NCBI GenBank assembly: GCA_045576255.1
Contig: JAZNGD010000050.1
Location: 1-48,287 of the forward strand
Direction: 5' to 3'
DNA length: 48,287 bases
Source of the DNA: Candidatus Enterousia sp.
GTDB taxonomy: Bacteria; Pseudomonadota; Alphaproteobacteria; Rs-D84
Shown here: positions 25,473 through 33,641 of the stretch, piece after piece
Layout of the letters: each line of letters starts with the position of its first letter
Numbering within the stretch: position 1 is the stretch's first letter
Position numbers and translations under genes: made by a program
Notes under the pieces: generated by a model
Databases searched by the model: none
What the model was told of the DNA's origin: nothing
The model's input: the letters and a program-made list of their open reading frames with translations, nothing else

Positions 25473-26819
25473 GTGAAAAAAATCATTTATATTTTTTCTG
25501 TGATATTGTTGACGCAAACTGCGTGTGATTTGCAACCCAAAGTTGTATCTTTTCCTGATGCGGTTGGGGACTTTATTTCAGCCAGATACCCCACTTTATT
25601 GGTTGATCCAAATACAAATTCTGATGTATATAATTCTGCGGCAAGCGATTATGGGGTTTATGCGTCACCAGAACTTTATGGCGGAATGACAAATGATGAT
25701 TATGTTGTGTATGCCAGTGTCGATGATTATAAAATGCCAGAACAAAACGAATCGGCGTCGCTGTATGGTCAAGAAATTACAACAAAAGAAAAAACAACAT
25801 CTGATGATTATTTGCAAGTGCCAATGTACGGCAGTGTAAGTGACGGTGAATCAAGTCTTGATGAAATAGTTGTCGCGCCTGGCGATACATTATACAGCTT
25901 GGCAAAAAAACATAATATGTCGGTTGAAAACTTGGCTAAGATTAATGGGTTGGATGCGCCGTATCGTTTGTCTGTTGGGCAAAAATTAAAATTGACTGTC
26001 CAGAAAAAAAACACATCGGTCGAATCGGATGATGTATTGGTCGTAAAAAAAACTGTTGATACAGTTGAAAAAAAATCTGTGCGCGTTCAACTTAAAGAAA
26101 TAACCGTTTCGTCTGGGGATACTTTGTATTCGTTGTCCAGACAATATTCTGTGCCTGTTAACGATTTAGCTGTTATGAATAAATTAGAAGCACCGTTCAT
26201 TTTAAGCCCGGGACAAAAATTACGTGTGCCTGATTTGGCAAATACGTCTGCTGTTATATCTAAACCTTTGACGATGGCATCAGAAACAAAAAAGTCTGAT
26301 GTTCAACAAGGTGCCGTAACACAAGCGAATCAGATAAAAGAACAAAAAAAGCAAGAAAAGACAGATGTTGTCGCAACAAACACTACGAAAAAAATTTCGT
26401 CCGATCCGTCCAAGAAATTGCCAACTATAAGTGCGCGTTCTTCTTCAAAGTTCAGTTGGCCTTTGCGTGGAAAAATATTGTCGGGATATGGTTCAAAATC
26501 AAATGGTTTGTTTAATGATGGAATTAATATCGCGGCGACACATGGTGCATCGGTTATGGCGGCTGAAAATGGTGTGGTTGCATACGCAGGAAACGAAGTT
26601 AAAGGTATGGGAAATCTGATTATCGTTCAACATTCTGGTGGCTGGATGACGGTATATGCCCATATGGATTCTATGTCTGTAAAGCGCGGAATGCGTGTTA
26701 ACGTAGGACAAAAAATAGGTACGGTTGGTAAAACAGGTAAAGTTGATGTGCCACAATTGCATTTTGAAATAAGAAAAGGAACAAAAGCATATAATCCTTC
26801 GGAATATCTTAAAAAATAA
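25473..26819 (+). CDS. LysM domain-containing M23 family metallopeptidase (NlpD-like lipoprotein)
   Basis: Lipobox LTQTAC. Two LysM repeats (VVAPGDTLYSLAKKHNMSVENLAKINGL, TVSSGDTLYSLSRQYSVPVNDLAVMNKL). M23 core GINIAA...VIVQHSGGWMTVYAHM...QLHFEIR. GTG start. Confidence 0.85.
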   Translation: MKKIIYIFSVILLTQTACDLQPKVVSFPDAVGDFISARYPTLLVDPNTNSDVYNSAASDYGVYASPELYGGMTNDDYVVYASVDDYKMPEQNESASLYGQEITTKEKTTSDDYLQVPMYGSVSDGESSLDEIVVAPGDTLYSLAKKHNMSVENLAKINGLDAPYRLSVGQKLKLTVQKKNTSVESDDVLVVKKTVDTVEKKSVRVQLKEITVSSGDTLYSLSRQYSVPVNDLAVMNKLEAPFILSPGQKLRVPDLANTSAVISKPLTMASETKKSDVQQGAVTQANQIKEQKKQEKTDVVATNTTKKISSDPSKKLPTISARSSSKFSWPLRGKILSGYGSKSNGLFNDGINIAATHGASVMAAENGVVAYAGNEVKGMGNLIIVQHSGGWMTVYAHMDSMSVKRGMRVNVGQKIGTVGKTGKVDVPQLHFEIRKGTKAYNPSEYLKK

Positions 26820-26820
26820 T

Positions 26821-26842
26821 AAACCGCCTTGGCGGTTTTTTT
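26821..26842 (+). terminator. intrinsic terminator
   Basis: AAACCGCC-TT-GGCGGTTTTTTT directly after the stop. Confidence 0.8.
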
Positions 26843-26909
26843 ATAAGAAAACTGTCGTATCAAAAGTTTTTTATACTTGTGTTAAATTCCAATTAAAAGG
26901 AGTTTAAAT

Positions 26910-28136
26910 ATGAAAAGGATTATTTTTATAATGTGTGTGTTTTTGGTTGTTTTTCTGGTTGTTTGGTTGGTTTTGCGTTTTAATCGATATATTGCACCAA
27001 ATTATAAATATAATGCACCAATATCAGATACTGAAATAGCAATCGTCGATATAGATGATTTAGAAAAAAATGCCGCAACAGTTATACCCAGTGCAGGATT
27101 TGATTATATATACGGTGGGGCAGAAACAGAAAAAACAATGGCCAGAAACGTGCAAGCGTTTGATTGTGTCGATATTTATCCCAGGGTTTTGACAGGGGTG
27201 GACGCCCCAGATATAAGCACCAGTATATTAGGTATAAATATTTCTTTGCCTGTAATCGCAGCGCCTGCTGCGGCACATGGTTTGGCGCACGTTTCTGCGG
27301 AAGCAGGCAGCGCGCATGGTGTAGCCGCCAGCGGTACAATTATGTGTGTCAGTAATTACGCCAGTTCTTCTTTGAAAGATATAGCCGCCGCAGGAAAGGG
27401 CGCACCACAATGGTTTCAATTGTATCTTAGTAAAGATGATGCTTTTAATAGACAGATAATCAAGCAAGCTGAAGATTTAGGATACAAAGCAATAATATTG
27501 ACAGTTGATGCGCCTGTTGGGGGAAACAGGTACCGAGATATAAAAAATGATTTTAAATTCCCATTGGAATTGCCAAATGTTGCAAAAAAAACAATTAAAA
27601 CAAAAGGGCAGGGCATCAGTAATATTTTTGCAGCAGCACAAAATAAATTAACACCATTTGATGTTTTTCGTGTTAAACGAATGACAAAATTGCCTGTGAT
27701 AGTCAAAGGTATTCAACAGCCTGATGATGCAGAAATTGCAATTGCAGCTGGCGCAGATGCAATTTGGGTTTCTAATCATGGTGGTCGTCAATTAGATGGT
27801 GCGCCGGCATCAATAGAGGTTTTATCCGCGGTTGCAAAACGTGTAAATAAACGCGTGCCAATTATTTTTGACAGTGGTATTCGTCGTGGACAACATATAT
27901 TCAAAGCAATTGCCAGTGGCGCAGATGTCGTTGCAATTGGTCGTCCTGTGATATATGGATTGGCGTTGGGTGGATGGCGTGGTGTAGTTTCTGTGTTTGA
28001 TTATTTAAAAAAAGATTTACGTCGAGTCATGACTTTGGCTGGAACCAAAGATATTGCTGCGATAAAAAATGTAAAATTGCGGCCAGGGGATTGTTGTTGC
28101 GATAAAAACTTGCATTTGACAGAAAAAGGAATATAA
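26910..28136 (+). CDS. FMN-dependent alpha-hydroxy-acid oxidase/dehydrogenase (lactate oxidase/LldD family) with N-terminal TM anchor
   Basis: VSNHGGRQLDGAPAS, IIFDSGIRRGQHIFKAIASGAD, FQLY. Preceded by a hydrophobic segment IIFIMCVFLVVFLVVWLVL. Confidence 0.8.
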   Translation: MKRIIFIMCVFLVVFLVVWLVLRFNRYIAPNYKYNAPISDTEIAIVDIDDLEKNAATVIPSAGFDYIYGGAETEKTMARNVQAFDCVDIYPRVLTGVDAPDISTSILGINISLPVIAAPAAAHGLAHVSAEAGSAHGVAASGTIMCVSNYASSSLKDIAAAGKGAPQWFQLYLSKDDAFNRQIIKQAEDLGYKAIILTVDAPVGGNRYRDIKNDFKFPLELPNVAKKTIKTKGQGISNIFAAAQNKLTPFDVFRVKRMTKLPVIVKGIQQPDDAEIAIAAGADAIWVSNHGGRQLDGAPASIEVLSAVAKRVNKRVPIIFDSGIRRGQHIFKAIASGADVVAIGRPVIYGLALGGWRGVVSVFDYLKKDLRRVMTLAGTKDIAAIKNVKLRPGDCCCDKNLHLTEKGI

Positions 28137-28153
28137 TTATCGCAGTTTGTTTT

Positions 28154-28229
28154 GGATGCGTAGCTCAGTTGGTAGAGCAACTGACTCTTAATCAGTGGGT
28201 CCAGGGTTCGAGTCCCTGCGCGTCCACCA
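28154..28229 (+). tRNA. tRNA-Lys (anticodon CTT)
   Basis: 76-nt cloverleaf read by eye: acceptor GGATGCG/CGCGTCC, D arm GCTC-AGTTGGTA-GAGC, anticodon arm ACTGA-CTCTTAA-TCAGT, T arm CAGGG-TTCGAGT-CCCTG, encoded CCA. Confidence 0.9.
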
Positions 28230-28264
28230 AAATAAAGCGGCCAGTTTTGTGGTCGCTTTTATTT
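28211..28264 (+). repeat. 54-bp direct repeat copy 1 (tRNA-Lys 3' end plus its terminator)
   Basis: AGTCCCTGCGCGTCCACCAAAATAAAGCGGCCAGTTTTGTGGTCGCTTTTATTT, identical to 28396-28449. Confidence 0.95.
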
Positions 28265-28395
28265 TGCAAGGACAAAGCGGACGAGAACCCAAAAGGGTTC
28301 GAACCGTCAGTTGGTGAAAACAAGCGACAGCGCAGTTTGAACCTTACGTAGAGAAAGGGGCCCATCGCGGTGACGCACCGCAGATGGGAATTTAC

Positions 28396-28449
28396 AGTCC
28401 CTGCGCGTCCACCAAAATAAAGCGGCCAGTTTTGTGGTCGCTTTTATTT
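28396..28449 (+). repeat. 54-bp direct repeat copy 2
   Basis: Identical to 28211-28264. Preceded by a 131-bp insert with two strong hairpins (GAACCC-AAAA-GGGTTC; CCCATCGCGGTG-ACG-CACCGCAGATGGG). Confidence 0.95.
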
Positions 28450-28564
28450 ATCCATAATCGTTTATAAGGGAATCATACCTATGCAAAAACCTGAAAGGTG
28501 CTGATAAAATTAAAATGTTGACATGAGACTTTGAAACTTAAAAAAAAACTAAAAAGGAGAGAAA

Positions 28565-29179
28565 ATGAAAAAAATAGCAATTTCAACATTGGCTGTGTTG
28601 ATGGCGTGTCCTGCGTTTGCTGGTATCAATCATCCAGACCAGGGCAGTTCTTGGCAAATGTGGGGTATGGACCCTTATGTTGGTTTGCGTGGCGGTATGA
28701 GCTATACAAACTTGAACTATAAATATGACGGGAACAAAGAATCTATTACAGATTATATTTTCCAGGGTCGTGCAGCTTTGGGTTTAGAAGTTTGTGATAC
28801 AGTGCGTTCTGAATTGGAATGGACTTATTATGGCAAAACATCTGACCAAGAAAACTTTGGTGCAGCAGGTGGCATTGATGTAGAAGCAAAGATGCAAACT
28901 GTGTTGTGGAACAGCTATATGGAATTTGGTCCATACAAGACGATACGTCCATTTGCAGGTATGGGTCTGGGTATGGCGTTTGCCGATATTAAACGTGAAG
29001 GCGATTTGGTTCCACGTCACAGCGAAAGCAAGACCAGATTTGCTGGTATGGGAACTTTGGGTGTCACATTTGATATGGAACGTTTCGCTGTTGATTTGGC
29101 GGCTCGTTATACATATATTGATGTACAGTCAGGATTCCATAACTTTGGTGGTGATGTCGGTATTAGATTTATGTTCTAA
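28565..29179 (+). CDS. small outer-membrane beta-barrel protein (OmpA-like/Omp25-type barrel)
   Basis: Signal peptide MKKIAISTLAVLMACPAFA, alternating aromatic beta-strand pattern, C-terminal GIRFMF. Strong SD AAAGGAGAG. Confidence 0.75.
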   Translation: MKKIAISTLAVLMACPAFAGINHPDQGSSWQMWGMDPYVGLRGGMSYTNLNYKYDGNKESITDYIFQGRAALGLEVCDTVRSELEWTYYGKTSDQENFGAAGGIDVEAKMQTVLWNSYMEFGPYKTIRPFAGMGLGMAFADIKREGDLVPRHSESKTRFAGMGTLGVTFDMERFAVDLAARYTYIDVQSGFHNFGGDVGIRFMF

Positions 29180-29182
29180 TCC

Positions 29183-29211
29183 AAAAAAAACGCCCAATCG
29201 GGCGTTTTTTT
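29183..29211. terminator. bidirectional intrinsic terminator
   Basis: AAAAAAAA-CGCCC-AATC-GGGCG-TTTTTTT between convergent genes. Confidence 0.8.
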
Positions 29212-29566
29212 AAACCAATTTTGCCAGTGCAAGTTTATTTAAAAATCCTGCCTCTATGTCACCAAGTAATGATGTTAACCCTTCGTTCAGGTCGTCATCA
29301 TTAATCAATTTTTCTAGATATGAAATTATTTTTTCACACGCTTTTACAAGGTCACGATTAACAAATTTTGGATTTAGTAAATCGCTTTTGAAAAAATCTT
29401 TTTTGCCTTCTGCCATAAAATAAGTTTCGGCAATTTCATCAACCCATGTGTCGATGTCTTCGGTCAGACGGTCGTACAGCAAGTGTTTTGAATATTCATC
29501 TGTTGACCAATGATTTATTTTACATGCGTATTTAAACGCGATTAAATGTTGCAACAGTTCGTACAT
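29210..29566 (-). CDS. hypothetical protein, possibly short Dps/ferritin-like four-helix bundle
   Basis: KINHWSTDEYSKHLLYDRLTEDIDTWVDEIAETY resembles the Dps pattern HW..G..F...H..LD......D..AER. Motif-level only. Confidence 0.5.
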   Translation of the reverse strand: MYELLQHLIAFKYACKINHWSTDEYSKHLLYDRLTEDIDTWVDEIAETYFMAEGKKDFFKSDLLNPKFVNRDLVKACEKIISYLEKLINDDDLNEGLTSLLGDIEAGFLNKLALAKLV

Positions 29567-29750
29567 AATCTCTCTCCTTTGGTTATAGTTGCAAATTTAA
29601 TATATCACGCTTGTATTGTTTGCTGTATAGGACTGGTTTCTGTTGTATACGTTGGTTTTGTTGGGATTCCTAGGGATTCAAACCTGCGGAAAAATAAAAA
29701 AATATATGTAAAGTGTATTATGTACCAACAACAAAAAAAGGAGAAAACTA

Positions 29751-30308
29751 ATGACAAATTTAACAAAAAAACTGTTAACTGTTGCGTCTGTTTTGGGCGC
29801 GGTTGTTTTGTTGGCCGGCTGTTCAGGCTGCCCTGCAAAAAAACACCATCAAAAGCCAATGCACAAAGCGCAATATGCACAACCTGTTGAACTGATTGAA
29901 TCGGATACAATCGTTGTATACCAAACTTATGAAGATGCAGATGTAAATCATTTGTATGCTAAAATGTACACTCACAGCAGCCGTGGCGGCGAATCAAAGA
30001 TGGGACATATAAAATTCCGTGAAACAGATAATGGTCTGAAAATGATGGTTGATTTGAAAGATATGCGCCCAGGCGTTCCTTATACTGTTCGCTTGTATCA
30101 ATGCAGTTCGTGCTATAACGATGCAAAATGTTGCAATAATTCACGTGCGATGAATGTAAAATTGCCAATGTTAGAAGCAGGCGAAAGCGGCCGTTTGGAA
30201 CATACTTATATGATTCAAGGGCTTAGCGCAGCGCAATTAAATGGTGCAAATATCTATCTGGAACGTGATGGTGGATATAAAGCGGGTTGGGGTAAGTTAG
30301 AAAAATAA
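29751..30308 (+). CDS. lipoprotein of unknown function (weak Cu/Zn-SOD-like layout without metal ligands)
   Basis: Signal plus lipobox LLAGCSGC and SD AAAGGAGAA. GHIKFRETDNGLKMMVDLKDMRPGVPYTVRLYQCSSC resembles G.V.F.....GV.....L.GL.PG.HGFHIHE.G.C, but the His residues are missing. Confidence 0.55.
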   Translation: MTNLTKKLLTVASVLGAVVLLAGCSGCPAKKHHQKPMHKAQYAQPVELIESDTIVVYQTYEDADVNHLYAKMYTHSSRGGESKMGHIKFRETDNGLKMMVDLKDMRPGVPYTVRLYQCSSCYNDAKCCNNSRAMNVKLPMLEAGESGRLEHTYMIQGLSAAQLNGANIYLERDGGYKAGWGKLEK

Positions 30309-30330
30309 AAAAACAATCCGAATAAAATTA

Positions 30331-30362
30331 AAAAAAGTCCCGAACGAAAACGGGACTTTTTT
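30331..30362 (+). terminator. intrinsic terminator
   Basis: GTCCCG-AACGAAAA-CGGGAC followed by TTTTTT. Confidence 0.8.
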
Positions 30363-30403
30363 ATATTGTTGATTTAGGATTATTATCTTGTATCCTGTTA
30401 CCT

Positions 30404-31978
30404 ATGTCAGCAAAAATCAAAGCCTTTTTAATATCAATTTTTATGTTTGTGTTTTCGGCAAATGCTTATGTGGTTAACTATACACCCTTTAATCCGGATT
30501 ATATCGATTTCGATATATCAAATACAGATGAATATTTGTTTGAAAACGATATTGTTATCGCAGATGATGTTGTGCTGGCTCCTGGACGAATCAAAATAAA
30601 TGGGTCGGTGATTATCGAAAATAATGGAACTATTCAATCAAGTATAGAAATTTGTGACGGTTGTCAGGTTATAATTAAAAATCGCGGTCAAATAAACGCT
30701 GATTTTATTGTTGGGACAAACGTTTCAATATATCAAGTTATTTCTGGCCCCGATGAAATTAATTTAATTGATTTTAATAAAGATTATACAATGTTTGTGG
30801 AAAGTAATTCTGAATTGTCTTTGGCAGATGTTGTTGATTCTGCAAGTGGGGCAAATAAAATAATTTTTAAAAATGTAAAATTAAAAATCGATAAATTGCC
30901 GACAAATAAATATACAAACATAGAATTCGCAGAAAACGTCGTGTTTGTTATTGATGGAAATGCGTACTTTGAATCCGAAGTAGTCTTGGATAATGTGTTG
31001 ACCGATTCGTCTGTACGTTTCGAATCTGATGGCGATGATAAAATGTATGCGTCTGTCGGCTATATTAAAAATGGAAAATTGTATGTCAAACAAACACGTA
31101 ATTCTGAATATGCAGACATCATAAAAGATAAAGATGTAAACACTGTAATTGAAAACTTGCCGAAAGACGACAGTTTGTTAGATGAATTAAATTCAGCAAT
31201 AGATGAAAATCAGATAAATAAAATTTTATCAAAATCTGTGCGATTTAATCCTGGGGTTTTACGGACATCGCTTGAAATATTGAATGAATTAGATATGACT
31301 GATTTTTATCGTAGTTCGGATAATTCTTTTTCGGTGCATCCGTTCACAATTATCAGCGATGATTTTTCTTTGTATGGTATAAACGTTTTTACAGATGGTT
31401 ATGTCACAAATGACTTGAATTTATCATTAGGCATAAGTTTGTCAAAAATGGATTATCAATCCGATTATGATGAATTTTCTGGGATTACTTATGGAATAAA
31501 ATTCGGTGCAACATATTCTATAACAGATGATTTGTTTGCGCGCTTTAAAACAGGTGTGTCAGTTGCAGATTTTGATATAGATGCTGTTTTGTATGACGGA
31601 AAATCGATTAAGAACCCAAGTGCTGAATTTGGGTACGTGTTATTAGATTTTGGATACGATTTTGTGCGTGATGATTCTTTACGAATTACGCCATTTGTTG
31701 GGGCAAATTTCACTTTTTATGATATAGAAACTGATTCGATTGGTAAATACAATGGGCGGGTTGGGGCGATGTTCGAATATAAATACAATATGTCAGGTTT
31801 GATATATATGTATAACGCAGATTTGTTCGTGAATACAAATGGTGCAATTGCTGCTGATGCAAAAATTGGTTTTGTAAGCGCAACAGATTATATTGGTGGA
31901 AATATTGGCGCAACAATAATGCATTATTCAGATGCGTTATCGTATAAATTGTCAATTGGTGTAAATTTATTATTCTGA
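30404..31978 (+). CDS. outer-membrane protein, autotransporter-like (passenger plus C-terminal beta-barrel)
   Basis: Signal peptide ending FSANA. The C-terminal ~250 aa show alternating hydrophobic/aromatic strands, ending SIGVNLLF (terminal Phe). Confidence 0.6.
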   Translation: MSAKIKAFLISIFMFVFSANAYVVNYTPFNPDYIDFDISNTDEYLFENDIVIADDVVLAPGRIKINGSVIIENNGTIQSSIEICDGCQVIIKNRGQINADFIVGTNVSIYQVISGPDEINLIDFNKDYTMFVESNSELSLADVVDSASGANKIIFKNVKLKIDKLPTNKYTNIEFAENVVFVIDGNAYFESEVVLDNVLTDSSVRFESDGDDKMYASVGYIKNGKLYVKQTRNSEYADIIKDKDVNTVIENLPKDDSLLDELNSAIDENQINKILSKSVRFNPGVLRTSLEILNELDMTDFYRSSDNSFSVHPFTIISDDFSLYGINVFTDGYVTNDLNLSLGISLSKMDYQSDYDEFSGITYGIKFGATYSITDDLFARFKTGVSVADFDIDAVLYDGKSIKNPSAEFGYVLLDFGYDFVRDDSLRITPFVGANFTFYDIETDSIGKYNGRVGAMFEYKYNMSGLIYMYNADLFVNTNGAIAADAKIGFVSATDYIGGNIGATIMHYSDALSYKLSIGVNLLF

Positions 31979-33286
31979 TACTGGTACAAATTTGCCACGT
32001 AAAGACGCTTTGTTCGCGGCGGTAATGCAAATGTTCGCCAGTGCCGGTGCGTTTTGTTCCCCAGGTGTTTTTTCAACGATGCATTGTTGCATATATGGGG
32101 TGCGGTATATTAAATGTTTCCCTGTTTTATCATCGCCTTCAAGTAAACATTCCATTGTTTTGTCGATACAGCTGATGTTAAATTCGCGTTGTATTTCGTT
32201 TAAACAGTTGTCTAATTCAGCCAATCGTGCAGCTTTTATGTTTTCTGGAATCTGGTCTTTCATTAATGCAGCTGCCGTATGTGGGCGTGGCGAATACTTG
32301 AAAGAATACGAATTTATATATTTGATTTGTTGTGCGATTTTCATTGTTTGTTCAAAATCTTCATCTGTTTCGCCGGGGAAACCAACAATGAAATCTGACG
32401 AAATTTGTATGTCAGGGCGTGCAACACGCAGCTTTTGAATGATGTCGGTATATAATTCCAGTGAATAAGGACGATTCATTCTGGTTAAAACATTTTGCGA
32501 GCCACTTTGTATTGGCATATTTAAAAATGGCAACAATTTTGGTTCGGTGGCAAACATTTCGATTAAATCGTCGGTCATTTCAGTTGGATAACTGGATGTG
32601 AATCTGATGCGTTTTACCGATTCGATTTTTGCGGCTTCGCGTATCAAGTCTGATAATCTGAATGTTTTGCCATTGTCGTCAGTATATCGGTATCCATTAA
32701 CATTTTGACCCAAGAAACAAATTTCTATTGCGCCTGTGTTTGCAGCGTGTATCGTATCGCGAACACAGTCTTGAAAGTTTCGTGATATTTCGCGACCGCG
32801 TGTATACGGCACAATACAATACGTGCAACAGTGATTGCAGCCTTCTTGAATTGGAATATATGCAACGGTCGGAGATTTTTTCATCTGTGGCAATTCATCG
32901 AATTTTTCCAGACCGCTTAAATCAATGTTTAACAGTTTGGCGTCAGGATTATCCAGAATTTCTGGTAATTTATGATATGATTGTGGCCCTAATACAAAAT
33001 TTAAATCAGGTATTCTGCGAAATGCGTCTGCGCCCGATTCGCGCGCGACGCAACCAACAATACCAAACAGGGCAGACTGTTTTTTTGCGCGTCTGATGCG
33101 ACCAAGTGCAGAAAATACTTTATCAGTTGCTTTGGCGCGTACTGCACAGGTGTTTAATATGATGATGTCGGCATCGCTGACTGTTTCTGTACGGTGCATT
33201 CCGCGGTGTTCCAACATCGCAGCGATACGCCAACCATCATATACATTCATTTGACAGCCAAAGGTTTGGATAAAGAATTTTTTCAT
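31970..33286 (-). CDS. miaB: tRNA-2-methylthio-N6-dimethylallyladenosine synthase
   Basis: MKKFFIQTFGCQMNVYD (UPF0004 domain), radical-SAM CNHCCTYCIVP, C-terminal TRAM. Start chosen at MKKFF; the track ORF is over-extended to 33451. Confidence 0.88.
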   Translation of the reverse strand: MKKFFIQTFGCQMNVYDGWRIAAMLEHRGMHRTETVSDADIIILNTCAVRAKATDKVFSALGRIRRAKKQSALFGIVGCVARESGADAFRRIPDLNFVLGPQSYHKLPEILDNPDAKLLNIDLSGLEKFDELPQMKKSPTVAYIPIQEGCNHCCTYCIVPYTRGREISRNFQDCVRDTIHAANTGAIEICFLGQNVNGYRYTDDNGKTFRLSDLIREAAKIESVKRIRFTSSYPTEMTDDLIEMFATEPKLLPFLNMPIQSGSQNVLTRMNRPYSLELYTDIIQKLRVARPDIQISSDFIVGFPGETDEDFEQTMKIAQQIKYINSYSFKYSPRPHTAAALMKDQIPENIKAARLAELDNCLNEIQREFNISCIDKTMECLLEGDDKTGKHLIYRTPYMQQCIVEKTPGEQNAPALANICITAANKASLRGKFVPVSE

Positions 33287-33459
33287 GGTTTTATTTGTGT
33301 TTTGTATTGTTGTATTGCTTTTGTATGTGTTTAATTTGTGCCTGTTTGTATGCGCCAAGAACATATCGTTTTCTGTATCGTTCTTCTGATTTGTGTATTT
33401 TCGACATTGCTTCAAAAAAGCGCATTTCACGAAACAGTCTTGTAAAGTCAAACATAGTT

Positions 33460-33627
33460 TTATTTTTGTTTACAGTTGTTGTATTGTTGCTTTGTGTTTT
33501 GTTTCTTTATCTTTTTTACTGTATCATTATATTTTCTTGCGATTTCAACTTCGTCATGCATTTCGACCAGTCCATATACAACACCGGTAATATGATTGTT
33601 TTCAATAATAGTCAAATGTTTTGTCAT
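33460..33627 (-). CDS. small hypothetical protein (55 aa), absent from the ORF track
   Basis: MTKHLTIIENNHITGVVYGLVEMHDEVEIARKYNDTVKKIKKQNTKQQYNNCKQK. AAAAGGAGAAAAAA lies immediately upstream of the ATG, 14 nt after the gatB stop. Confidence 0.45.
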   Translation of the reverse strand: MTKHLTIIENNHITGVVYGLVEMHDEVEIARKYNDTVKKIKKQNTKQQYNNCKQK

Positions 33628-33641
33628 TTTTTTCTCCTTTT

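Noticed and set aside
28265-28414. Possible tmRNA (ssrA) or permuted two-piece tmRNA, given a tRNA-like CCA 3' end and structured upstream RNA
   Set aside because: At ~135-150 nt it is too short. There is no G3:U70 alanine identity pair (the candidate acceptor pairs G-C, G-C, A-T). There is no convincing T arm upstream of the duplicated 3' strand. No tag-like ORF ends in hydrophobic/Ala residues (the frames give ...ENKRQRSLNLT* or ...KTSDSAV*).
29650-29690. GGGATTCCTAGGGATTCAAACCTGCGG looked like a tRNA T-arm fragment or tRNA remnant
   Set aside because: No 5-bp T stem can be formed around the TTCAAAC-like loop, and no acceptor or anticodon arms are present on either strand.
31970-31978. 9-nt overlap of the convergent 3' ends of the autotransporter-like gene and miaB
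   Set aside because: Short convergent overlaps are common in compact genomes. There is nothing further to support regulation.
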